Shown in pieces: positions 1-8,886 of a stretch of DNA of 64,000 nt. The stretch spans positions 901,850 to 965,849 of the forward strand of contig OZ241993.1 in assembly GCA_965204575.1 (NCBI GenBank), written 5' to 3'. Numbering within the stretch: position 1 is the stretch's first letter; the number at the start of each line of letters is the position of its first letter. The position numbers were made by a program, and so were the translations under genes. The notes beneath the pieces were generated by a model, which saw only the letters and a list, made by a program, of their open reading frames with translations, had not been told where the DNA came from and searched no databases. The stretch comes from an uncultured candidatus Porisulfidus sp. (lineage in GTDB: Bacteria; Pseudomonadota; Gammaproteobacteria; Poriferisulfidales; Poriferisulfidaceae).

Positions 1-1
1 T

Positions 2-397
2 CTTGTTGAGCTCAAAGCAATTGATGTAAGAGAGATATGTAACAGTGTAGATCCTGAATGTTACTTGTTGCCTTGTAGATCAGGTGGGATGGATCAACTA
101 CAAAAGCCTGTATATTTCTTGGACGAGCGTCCCAAGCAACGCAAAAACTGGGTTTTAATAGGATGTGAAAGAAGTCTTCAATTTCATCGACACTATTATG
201 GAGATGAGCCACCCCAGGTTGAGATGTGTCCACGCAAGCTTCGACAAGAATCTGAAGTGCCTACACTATTGAAGTGTTGTCTACTTGAATTCGAGGTTGA
301 AAGAGATGGGGACCTGATGGTTGTTCCCTGGGGTGCTGATCTCACTATGGTAGAACAAGCTTTACGGGAAATTTCGAGTGAGGTTGAGTATGTCTAA
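2..397 (+). CDS. hypothetical protein, 5'-truncated by the window edge (C-terminal ~130 aa visible); first visible gene of the comA-like operon
   Basis: Frame 2 is open from nt 2 with no stop codon until 397. The track lists only the TTG-initiated tail 65..397. A 20-nt overlap with the next gene start suggests co-transcription. No motif recognised. Confidence 0.35.
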   Translation, partial: LVELKAIDVREICNSVDPECYLLPCRSGGMDQLQKPVYFLDERPKQRKNWVLIGCERSLQFHRHYYGDEPPQVEMCPRKLRQESEVPTLLKCCLLEFEVERDGDLMVVPWGADLTMVEQALREISSEVEYV

Positions 398-1274
398 GTC
401 TGCTTGGGATGGGATTCAAGTCATAAGTGAATTCATGAAAGAGCGTGTAGAGCGGCAAAAAAACGTTGGTATGACGATGGTTATCGATACGTGTATGGGG
501 CCGCAGATGTTGCAGGATATGCTTCTAGTTTCGAATGAGTATATTGATCACTGGAAGTTTAGTTATGGAGTATCTGCCGTGATGCCTGCAAACATACTCC
601 GTCAAATGCTCGATACATTAAATCAATACAACATCAATACATTTCCTGGAGGTACGCTGCTAGAGGCTGCGATCATTCAGAAAAATTGTCAATCGTACAT
701 GCTGCGTGCCAAAGAGATTGGATTCCGTTCAGTCGAAATTTCAGATGGAACGATCACACTGCCCATTAAGCGCAGGCGTAACGCAATCTTGTGTGCGCTA
801 GACAATGGATTGATTCCAATTACAGAGGTAGGTAAAAAGGACCCCACAAAGCAACCAAGCCCTGAAGAACTCGCAGACCTGATTCTGCAAGATTTATATT
901 TTGGTGCTGAGTATGTAATCTTGGATGCAAGAGAATCCGGGCGCGAAATCGGCATATTTGACCAAAATGGAGACTTGAAGCTCGAATTATTTGATAAAAT
1001 CTTATCGTTAGTTGGGCAAAAAAAAGAAAAGGTCATTTGGGAAGCCCCCCTAAGAAAACAACAGGCCGCCCTGATCAAACAAATTGGTCCAAATGTAAAC
1101 CTTGGGAATATAAGCCCCATGGACGTCTTGTCGCTAGAGTCATTACGCTTGGGACTTCAATATGAATCCTTAAGAGAAGTTGCCGACGAGTCTACCCAGC
1201 GTGGAATGTGGGACCCTGATTCAGTAGAAAACTCTGATACAACCGAGATACCGCAAGAATCTGTAAAGAAATGA
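378..1274 (+). CDS. comA: (2R)-phospho-3-sulfolactate synthase (ComA family; XcbB1-like)
   Basis: 298 aa. Contains ComA-family hallmark segments GMTMVIDTCMG ... YIDHWKFSYGVS, matching ComA KGLTMVIDKGLG ... IDFVKFGWGTS. Low-GC codon usage. Stop overlaps the next start (ATGA). Confidence 0.8.
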   Translation: MRLSMSKSAWDGIQVISEFMKERVERQKNVGMTMVIDTCMGPQMLQDMLLVSNEYIDHWKFSYGVSAVMPANILRQMLDTLNQYNINTFPGGTLLEAAIIQKNCQSYMLRAKEIGFRSVEISDGTITLPIKRRRNAILCALDNGLIPITEVGKKDPTKQPSPEELADLILQDLYFGAEYVILDARESGREIGIFDQNGDLKLELFDKILSLVGQKKEKVIWEAPLRKQQAALIKQIGPNVNLGNISPMDVLSLESLRLGLQYESLREVADESTQRGMWDPDSVENSDTTEIPQESVKK

Positions 1275-2788
1275 GTGACAGATTTTCAGACTCCGATGCT
1301 GTTTTGTGTACCAATGGCCGGTTATCACAGCCTCCCGAAGATATATTAGTTACCAGTGCTTTTAAGAGTGAGCTTCAAGAACAGCTCTGCTTGTCAGAAG
1401 AAATGAATCGGGTGGATATTGCACATGTAATAGGATTAGTTGAGGCCAAGGTTATCAAGAAGAAAGTAGGCGCTGACCTGTTGAATGCATTGCAAAAATT
1501 ACAGGAGAATCCAACGGATTTCCAACCTGACCCTAAATTCGGTGATTTATTTACAAATCGAGAAAATTGGTTAGAACAACACTCAAGCGCAGTAGGCTGG
1601 TTATGTGCAGGCAGAGCGCGTAGAGAAAGCACTACGGTCGCTTATCATTTAACAATAAAAAAGATTTTGCTTGACCTTGCTGATGAAATAACAGCCTTGA
1701 TGCGGGTAATGATGATACAGGTGTCGGCGCATAAGGCATCAGTTATGCCGGATTACACGTATATGCAGCCGGGACAGCCAACGACATTCGGGCATTATTT
1801 ACATTCATTTGTATTCATGCTGATGCGTGATCTTGCGCGCATTGAATCACTTTATGGAAGGGTCAATTGTTGTCCAGCAGGGTGCGGAGGCATAAACGGG
1901 TCAACTCTTCAGATTGACAGGGAAAAGCTGTCAAGCTTGTTAGGCTTTGCGAGGCCTGTCATGCATGCAAGAGATGCAATGTGGCAAGCTGATACTTCCA
2001 TTGAGATCGCGTCAGTTTCAACTTCAATTTTAGTTACGCTGGACCGCTTTTGCGAAGATGTACTGTATTTCGTGACGGAAGAATTCAACTACATCGAGTT
2101 GCAAGATTCTTGTTCACGAGCAAGTAAGATTATGCCGCAGAAAAAAAATCCTTATGCTTTAGCGTATATTCGAGCGCTGGCAAATAAGGTTATTGGCATA
2201 CAGAATATGGTGGTTGTGTCGCAGCGCACACCAACTGGACAGATTGATAATCGCCTGTTCTTGTACGGAGAAATTCCATTCGTGCTTAAGAAAAGCATCG
2301 AAGGAATTGGCTTGTTAAAAAATGCGGTGGAGGGATTGCAGTTCAAAACTTCAAATGCAGTAAACAGAATAAGGGAAAGCTACGCGATGGCCGCGGAACT
2401 AGCTGAACAAATTTCAGTTGAAAATGATTTGGATTATAGAACCGCCCATAAGATTGTTGGAAAAATTGTCCGAAATTTTATACACCTTAAAAAACCTTTA
2501 TTCGAGTTAACGGAACAAGAATTGAATGAAGCTGCAAGCGATGTAGTAGGTCGCCCAATTTCATGCTCCAGGCAGATCCTCGAGATGCTGAATTCTCCGC
2601 ATGTTGCAATTGAGAAAAAGTCCGGGTTAGGAGGCACGTCTAGAGAAAGGATCAAGGAGATGATCGAATACAGTAAACAAGAGATTAATTTTTATAAAAA
2701 ATGGACAGACAATGAACGGGAAAAAATAAAACAAGCAGAAAATGCATTGTCACAACACATGCATACCATTATCAGTCAAGCCCAATGA
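1271..2788 (+). CDS. aspartase/fumarase-superfamily lyase, argininosuccinate-lyase-like (candidate XcbC1/XcbD1-type CoM biosynthesis enzyme)
   Basis: 505 aa. Lyase-1 signature SKIMPQKKNPYALAYIRA matches the fumarate-lyase GSxxMxxKxN motif as in ArgH. Translationally coupled on both sides. Confidence 0.75.
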   Translation: MSDRFSDSDAVLCTNGRLSQPPEDILVTSAFKSELQEQLCLSEEMNRVDIAHVIGLVEAKVIKKKVGADLLNALQKLQENPTDFQPDPKFGDLFTNRENWLEQHSSAVGWLCAGRARRESTTVAYHLTIKKILLDLADEITALMRVMMIQVSAHKASVMPDYTYMQPGQPTTFGHYLHSFVFMLMRDLARIESLYGRVNCCPAGCGGINGSTLQIDREKLSSLLGFARPVMHARDAMWQADTSIEIASVSTSILVTLDRFCEDVLYFVTEEFNYIELQDSCSRASKIMPQKKNPYALAYIRALANKVIGIQNMVVVSQRTPTGQIDNRLFLYGEIPFVLKKSIEGIGLLKNAVEGLQFKTSNAVNRIRESYAMAAELAEQISVENDLDYRTAHKIVGKIVRNFIHLKKPLFELTEQELNEAASDVVGRPISCSRQILEMLNSPHVAIEKKSGLGGTSRERIKEMIEYSKQEINFYKKWTDNEREKIKQAENALSQHMHTIISQAQ

Positions 2789-4137
2789 CTTCATTATTCG
2801 TAGAATCCTCTATATACCAGAATTCCTGGAGTACGGAATCCTTGCGAAAAATTTTTGATGAGAAATCAAGAATCAGAACTTGGCTAGAAATATTGGCCGT
2901 CCTAGCAGAAGTCCAGTCAAAATTTGGGTTAATACCAAAATCAGCTGGAAATTCAATTAGGGAATTTTGCAGTCAAGTTGAGATCGATAGTGAATTACTT
3001 AATGACATCAAAGAAGGGTTTGAACAAAGTGGCCATTCCATGCAGGGCTTTATCAATGCTTTGGCAAAGCGTGGAGGCGAAGATGTAAAAAACTGGTTGT
3101 ATTTTGGCGCGACTGTACAAGATGTAACAGATACCTGGTTTTCGATCGCTTTGAGGGATGTCAGGGAACAGTTTTTGTTGGATATAAATGCAATATGTTC
3201 TATTACCAAAAATCTCATGAGCGAGCATCGCGACACGATCATGCCAGGGCGTACGCATGGACAACACGGGTTGCCTATAACATTTGGATTTAAGGTTGCG
3301 GGTTGGGCGTGTGAACTGGATCGTCATCGAACTCGGTTATCGCAATTGGGTAACCGAATGGACGAGGGGCAGTTATGTGGAGGCGTTGGATCACTTTCAT
3401 CGTTAGGCCGCCACGGTCTAGAAATTCAAAAGGAATTTTGTAATCGCCTCGGATTACGCGACCCCATTATCTCTTGGATTTCAAGTCGGGATGTATTTGC
3501 AGAATGGGGCCAGTTATTAGTGCTGATAACTGGAACTGCAGATCGTATCGGTCATGAAATTTATAATTTGCAAAGGACAGAAATTGCAGAACTTATTGAG
3601 ATTACGCCTATAGAAACCGTAGGCAGTATTACGATGCCGCATAAACAAAACCCAGAAATATCCGAACATCTGGGAACGCTTGCCAGAGTCGTTCGCCATA
3701 ATGCTGCAATTCTTCTTGAGGGCTTAGTCACTGATCATGAACGAGATGGTCGATCTTGGAAAAGTGAATGGCATGTCCTGCCGCTCATAACTTTAGTATC
3801 GGGAAAATCTCTAGAGTTACTGAAATTAATATTGTCAAACTTAGAAGTACAAACACTGAAAATGAAAGAGAACTTAGAAATCAGTGGCGAACAGATATTT
3901 TCAGAAGGTGTAATGCTGGCGTTAGCAAAAAAACTGGGGAAAAACCAGGCTCAAAAAATAGTCTACAAGGAAGCAATGAATGCGCGTAAGAAAGGAATTT
4001 CATTCAGAGAGGCTGTTTTGAATAACTCTCAAATTTCATCCAATCTAAGTGCTGAAGATATCGATGAGATTTTTAAAAATGAAAATCGTCTTGGTTTATG
4101 TACAGCGATGGTTGATAGAGTGCTAAACAAAATATGA
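2785..4137 (+). CDS. aspartase/fumarase-superfamily lyase, adenylosuccinate-lyase / 3-carboxymuconate-cycloisomerase-like (candidate XcbD1/XcbC1-type)
   Basis: 450 aa. Signature SITMPHKQNPEISE resembles the PurB/PcaB-type SSxMPHKxNP motif; also TIMPGRTHGQHGLPITFG. ATGA overlaps at both ends. Confidence 0.75.
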   Translation: MTSLFVESSIYQNSWSTESLRKIFDEKSRIRTWLEILAVLAEVQSKFGLIPKSAGNSIREFCSQVEIDSELLNDIKEGFEQSGHSMQGFINALAKRGGEDVKNWLYFGATVQDVTDTWFSIALRDVREQFLLDINAICSITKNLMSEHRDTIMPGRTHGQHGLPITFGFKVAGWACELDRHRTRLSQLGNRMDEGQLCGGVGSLSSLGRHGLEIQKEFCNRLGLRDPIISWISSRDVFAEWGQLLVLITGTADRIGHEIYNLQRTEIAELIEITPIETVGSITMPHKQNPEISEHLGTLARVVRHNAAILLEGLVTDHERDGRSWKSEWHVLPLITLVSGKSLELLKLILSNLEVQTLKMKENLEISGEQIFSEGVMLALAKKLGKNQAQKIVYKEAMNARKKGISFREAVLNNSQISSNLSAEDIDEIFKNENRLGLCTAMVDRVLNKI

Positions 4138-5126
4138 GTACTCAAACACTCGCATCTGATGACTTGCCGAAAATCAGCCGTTGTGAGTTCGCACAATTTC
4201 CCACTCCTTTGCAGCGGTTTAAAAAACTGGAAAAAGATCTCAATGATATTGAGCTATGGGTTAAACGCGATGACCTAATCGAATTTGGTTATGGGGGAAA
4301 TAAAGTCAGGGCACTTGAATACATAGCGGCAGACGCATTAAAGAGGGGGTCGAAAACGTTAATTACGGGTGCAGGTGTACAGTCCAATCATGTACGTGCA
4401 ACGGCAGCAGTGGCAGCTTATTTAGATCTGAATTGTATCGCTATCTACTGGGGCAGCCCCCCAAAAGAAGTTACAGGCAATTATTACCTGACCAAATTGT
4501 TGGGAGCAGAAACCAGATTTACACACGATACTGATCGAAGCTCGGTAGATACAATGATCCGACTTGTTGAGCAAGAACTGATGCATGGTGATGCCCTTCC
4601 TTATTCAATCCCGCGAGGAGGAGCATGTGCACTAGGGGTAATCGCTCACATGTTTGCGGCGAAGGAATTATTTGAGCAGTGCCAAAGCAAAGAAATAAAT
4701 GTCGATCTTGTAACGCTTGCAGTGGGTTCTGGAGGGACTATAGCTGGTTGGGTACTTGCACGAATCTTGTATGACCATCCTTGGCGAATCGAAGGCTTTA
4801 CTGTGAGTCGGCCTGCCAAGGAGTTAAAGGAAATTGTTCATAATTTAGTACAACAAGCCGCCGTAGTATTGAATGTCGCAGTAAACATAAATTTGGAGGA
4901 GATAGTAATCCGTGAGGGCTACATTGGTGATGGATACGGGATACCAAGTATTGAAGGGAATGAAACAATTAAAGATGTTGCAATCAAGCAAGGTGTTTTT
5001 TTTGATCCGACGTATACAGGAAAAGCATTTGCTGGACTTTCAGATTTAATAAATAATGGTTTCTACAAGGACATTCAAACAGCCGTGTTTTTACATACAG
5101 GAGGAGAGCCGGTTTTGTTTAGTTAG
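4134..5126 (+). CDS. PLP-dependent D-cysteine desulfhydrase / ACC-deaminase family enzyme (XcbE1-like)
   Basis: 330 aa. TPLQRF ... VKRDDL ... GGNKVRALEYI ... GxQSNHVRATAAVAA matches the ACC deaminase/DcyD family; the PLP lysine context is conserved. Confidence 0.8.
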   Translation: MSTQTLASDDLPKISRCEFAQFPTPLQRFKKLEKDLNDIELWVKRDDLIEFGYGGNKVRALEYIAADALKRGSKTLITGAGVQSNHVRATAAVAAYLDLNCIAIYWGSPPKEVTGNYYLTKLLGAETRFTHDTDRSSVDTMIRLVEQELMHGDALPYSIPRGGACALGVIAHMFAAKELFEQCQSKEINVDLVTLAVGSGGTIAGWVLARILYDHPWRIEGFTVSRPAKELKEIVHNLVQQAAVVLNVAVNINLEEIVIREGYIGDGYGIPSIEGNETIKDVAIKQGVFFDPTYTGKAFAGLSDLINNGFYKDIQTAVFLHTGGEPVLFS

Positions 5127-5140
5127 TATAGGGTCAACAA

Positions 5141-6586
5141 ATGACAGAAGTTAAAACTACAACTATTCCTGATTTGCAAACAAGTGCAATGTCGACGGAT
5201 AGCGATGAACGCGAAATTTTAAAATTGGTGGAGAATGCCAGATTTGCACAATTGCAAGTAAATTCCTATACGCAAGAACAAGTAGATGAATTAGTGACAT
5301 CAATTGCCTGGAGCGTTATCAAAAATAGAGAAGAATTGGCACGCATGGCTGTTGATGAGGGTGAGTTTGGAAATTACGCTGATAAAGTAACAAAGATTTA
5401 CAATCGCGTAATAGGAACATTGGCGGATATGCGTTCAGTCAAGACTGTTGGTGTAGTTGAAGAGGACCCTGAGACCGGAATAACAAAGCTCGCTAAACCC
5501 GTGGGTGTAATTGGTGCACTTATTCCGGCAACAGGTCCTGATGCAACGCCGCCCGTCAAGGCATTAGGCGCGATTAAAGCAAGAAACGCGTTGATCATAG
5601 CGCCACACCCAAGGACAAAAAGAAGTTCAGCTAGAGTAGTCGAATGCATACGAGAAGGTTGTACTCGCGTTGGTGCCCCTGAAGACCTGGCACAAGTGAT
5701 AACCAGCCCTTCAATTCAAAAGACAAAAGTGCTAATGGAAAATGTAGATCTCATCGTGGCAACGGGGGGCATGAGTATGGTGAAAGCCGCATACAGCTCA
5801 GGGAAACCTGCATATGGAGTAGGTGTAGGGAATGCGGTACATATAGTGGATGAAACCGCAGACCTCAACGATGCCGCTGATATGATTGCAAAGGCAAAGA
5901 CATTTGATTTTGCAACAAGCTGCTTGGCGGATAACGCCATAGTAGTTCATCAAGATATCTACAAAGTACTAGTAAACAAGTTGATAGAACTTGGTGGTTA
6001 TTTATGTAATAAAGCAGATAAAAATAGCCTTGAAAAAGTTATGTGGCCAAAAGATGCCCATATCCCATCTCCTGAAATCATCGCGAAATCTGCAGAGTCA
6101 ATTGCGAAGAAGGCACAAATTGATATTCAGCCTGGCAAAAGCTTTCTGTTAGTAGAAGAAACCGGAATTGGAGAAGGCCATCCGTTCTCTGGAGAAAAAC
6201 TGTCCGTTGTTTTAGCCGTCTATCAATATTCGGGTAAAATCGAAAATGCGGTAGATGTCGTAAATAGAATTACGAATTATCAGGGCTTGGGACATACATG
6301 CGGAATACATTCACAATCTGAAGCAAACATCAACTATGTTGCCCTAAATACAAAAACAGCAAGAGTCATCGTGAATCAAAATCTTAATGAAGGAGCAGGC
6401 AGCCCCAGAAACGGATTGCCCTATACATTGTCACTTTCCTGTGGGACATGGGGAGGGAACATCACAACCGAAAATGTCAATGTTAGAAACTTTATGAATG
6501 TGACCTGGGTTTCACGTCCAGTACGTCCTCGTGCGTTTAACGAAGAGGAGCTGTTTGAAAATTATTGGAACAAATATGGCAAGTAA
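5141..6586 (+). CDS. CoA-acylating aldehyde dehydrogenase (EutE/PduP/SucD-like ALDH)
   Basis: 481 aa. Related to acylating ALDHs (DLIVATGGMSMVKAAYSSGKPAYGVGVGN ... ADNAIVV). No typical NAD-ALDH Glu/Cys decapeptide. SD-like GGAG upstream. Confidence 0.65.
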   Translation: MTEVKTTTIPDLQTSAMSTDSDEREILKLVENARFAQLQVNSYTQEQVDELVTSIAWSVIKNREELARMAVDEGEFGNYADKVTKIYNRVIGTLADMRSVKTVGVVEEDPETGITKLAKPVGVIGALIPATGPDATPPVKALGAIKARNALIIAPHPRTKRSSARVVECIREGCTRVGAPEDLAQVITSPSIQKTKVLMENVDLIVATGGMSMVKAAYSSGKPAYGVGVGNAVHIVDETADLNDAADMIAKAKTFDFATSCLADNAIVVHQDIYKVLVNKLIELGGYLCNKADKNSLEKVMWPKDAHIPSPEIIAKSAESIAKKAQIDIQPGKSFLLVEETGIGEGHPFSGEKLSVVLAVYQYSGKIENAVDVVNRITNYQGLGHTCGIHSQSEANINYVALNTKTARVIVNQNLNEGAGSPRNGLPYTLSLSCGTWGGNITTENVNVRNFMNVTWVSRPVRPRAFNEEELFENYWNKYGK

Positions 6587-6621
6587 GAATCAGTTATTGA
6601 GATTTTCTCGGCTATACATGG

Positions 6622-8136
6622 GTGCATGACATGAAACATTATGAGTTAGGGACTGTAGAAGACCTAAAAAATTCTACCCGATTAAAACAAGAGGGTTTTG
6701 ATGAAAATTTTTTAAAAGGAAAACGCCCTTCACCGATCGAACCGGTACAAAATGTTATGGATTTGGCCGATGATATTAACAGCAAGAAATATGATGCCGT
6801 AATTGTTGGAAGTGGCCCGGGAGGATCAGCTGTTGCAAGAGAACTGGCAAGGGCAGGAAAAAAAGTAGTCGTACTGGAGTATGGGAAAGATCATCGAGGT
6901 AAATGGTATTACGGAACTGTCGCAGGACCTTTTCTCTACACCGAAAAACGTGGCTTTTTAAAATCTAAGGAAGGGGTAACAATTGTCCGCCCGATGCTTA
7001 CTGGGGGGGCAACCAACATGTTTGCAAGTGCTGCTTCAGGCCCTCCATCTTGGTGGTTTGATAAAACGGGTGTGGATATAGAGTCTGAAGTTAACGAAAC
7101 CATTGATGAGCTTCGGATTGAGGCGTTACCTGAAGAACTCACTGGCGCTGCATCACAACGTATTGGAGAAGCAGGCAGAGATCTAGGCATGGACTGGGTG
7201 CCCCAAACAAAATTCATTCATCCAAAGCGGTGTTACTCTGAATTAGATTGCGGTGATAAATGCATGTTTGGTTGTCGATGTGGAGGCAAGTGGACTGCAA
7301 ATGAATATTTGGATCAAGCTATTGAGGCCGGTGCGTCCGTTATTACCGAGTGTAACGTTCATAATGTTGAGATTGAAGATGGCGTAGCAACCGGGGTATA
7401 TGCTGAAGTACACGGGGAAAGATTCAGACTGAATGGCCAGGTCGTTATTGTTTGTGCTGGAGGAATTGGCACACCTAGAATTTTACAAAATTCAGGCATT
7501 CATAATGCTGGAGATGCACTGGGTGTAGACACTACATTTGTTGTATATGGTGTCATCAAAGAGAAAGGAAATACTGGTGATCCACCTATGACGATCAGCT
7601 ATTGTGACGATGAGAATGGTTTGATGTATTCGACACTCACTCAGCCATTTGGGCTATTTGCGCTTACTCAATATTACAAAGGTTGGAGGCATTTAAAGAA
7701 AGTGCCCAAGTTTCCGCGTATGCTAGGAATTATGGTTAAGATAAAAGAGGGCCTTAAAGGCTATGTGGCACCGGATGGACAGATCAGTATGCCTTTGTTG
7801 CATGATGATTTCCTCCGGGCAAACATTGGGTTCAGTACTAGCAAAAGTATTCTTATGAAAGCGGGATGTGATCCAAATACTATTTTTTGGAACCCCCCAA
7901 GAGGAACACATCCATGCGCAACAGTGCGTATAGGTGATCACTTGGATTCCGATCTAAAAACTCTTGCATTTGATAACTTATATGTCTCGGATGCGAGCAC
8001 TTTCCCATTACCCCTGGTACGTCCTCCGACACTTACAATTATTGGGCAAAGCAAGAGGTTGGCAAAGCATCTTATTGAAACCAAACTCAAAGACACTCAA
8101 ATTCAGAAAGAGGAAAATATGGCATTGGCACAATAG
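6622..8136 (+). CDS. GMC-family FAD-dependent oxidoreductase
   Basis: 504 aa. N-terminal FAD fold DAVIVGSGPGGSAVARELARAGKKVVVLEYG. Its length and C-terminal region fit GMC oxidoreductases. Confidence 0.7.
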   Translation: MHDMKHYELGTVEDLKNSTRLKQEGFDENFLKGKRPSPIEPVQNVMDLADDINSKKYDAVIVGSGPGGSAVARELARAGKKVVVLEYGKDHRGKWYYGTVAGPFLYTEKRGFLKSKEGVTIVRPMLTGGATNMFASAASGPPSWWFDKTGVDIESEVNETIDELRIEALPEELTGAASQRIGEAGRDLGMDWVPQTKFIHPKRCYSELDCGDKCMFGCRCGGKWTANEYLDQAIEAGASVITECNVHNVEIEDGVATGVYAEVHGERFRLNGQVVIVCAGGIGTPRILQNSGIHNAGDALGVDTTFVVYGVIKEKGNTGDPPMTISYCDDENGLMYSTLTQPFGLFALTQYYKGWRHLKKVPKFPRMLGIMVKIKEGLKGYVAPDGQISMPLLHDDFLRANIGFSTSKSILMKAGCDPNTIFWNPPRGTHPCATVRIGDHLDSDLKTLAFDNLYVSDASTFPLPLVRPPTLTIIGQSKRLAKHLIETKLKDTQIQKEENMALAQ

Positions 8137-8183
8137 AAAATGCATGCAATTTTTTGTGCATTAAATAATTTACAAAAAGAAAA

Positions 8184-8846
8184 TTGGAAGAACTAGAATT
8201 AATCAGCTTAAAACTATGTCCTTTTGTACAAAGGGCGGTGATAGTTTTAAATCACAAAAACATAAATTATAAAATCACTCATGTGGACTTGGAGAATCCA
8301 CCAGGCTGGTTTAATAAAATCTCACCATTAAAGAAAGTTCCGCTTCTAAAGATAGGTGAAAAAGATGTCCTGTTTGAATCAGCGGTTATCTGTGAATACA
8401 TAGATGATGTTACACCAATCAAGTTACGGCCAGAAAACCCGCTCCAATTGGCATACAATCGTGCATGGATTGAATTTGGATCTACATGCCTTGTAGATCA
8501 GTATTTGCTGCTTTTAAAAAAAACAGAGAAAGAGTTTAAAGAGCAAGCTGATCAAATCATCAGTAAACTACATTTAGTAGAGAATACTTTGAATAATCAG
8601 CCATTTTTTAATGGCGAACAATTCTCGCTTGTAGATGCCGCATATGCTCCATTACTGATACGATATGAAATCATAAATAATATTATTCCAATATTTAATT
8701 CTCAGAGCTTTGAAAAGCTTTCAAACTGGTCAGATACGATTCTTGGATCAAGCGCTGTACAAGAATCAATAGAATCAGATTTCCTCACCCAGTATAAAGA
8801 CAAAATTGCAGGTTTCGACGGATACTTGTCATCCCATATTAGCTAA
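8184..8846 (+). CDS. glutathione S-transferase-like protein (thioredoxin-fold N-domain)
   Basis: 220 aa. N-terminal GST-like fold LCPFVQRA ... KVPLL ... ESAVICEYI, followed by a helical C-domain. Confidence 0.55.
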   Translation: MEELELISLKLCPFVQRAVIVLNHKNINYKITHVDLENPPGWFNKISPLKKVPLLKIGEKDVLFESAVICEYIDDVTPIKLRPENPLQLAYNRAWIEFGSTCLVDQYLLLLKKTEKEFKEQADQIISKLHLVENTLNNQPFFNGEQFSLVDAAYAPLLIRYEIINNIIPIFNSQSFEKLSNWSDTILGSSAVQESIESDFLTQYKDKIAGFDGYLSSHIS

Positions 8847-8886
8847 AGATTAGCTAGAAAAACTCTACTCTAAAAAACTTTCTTTT

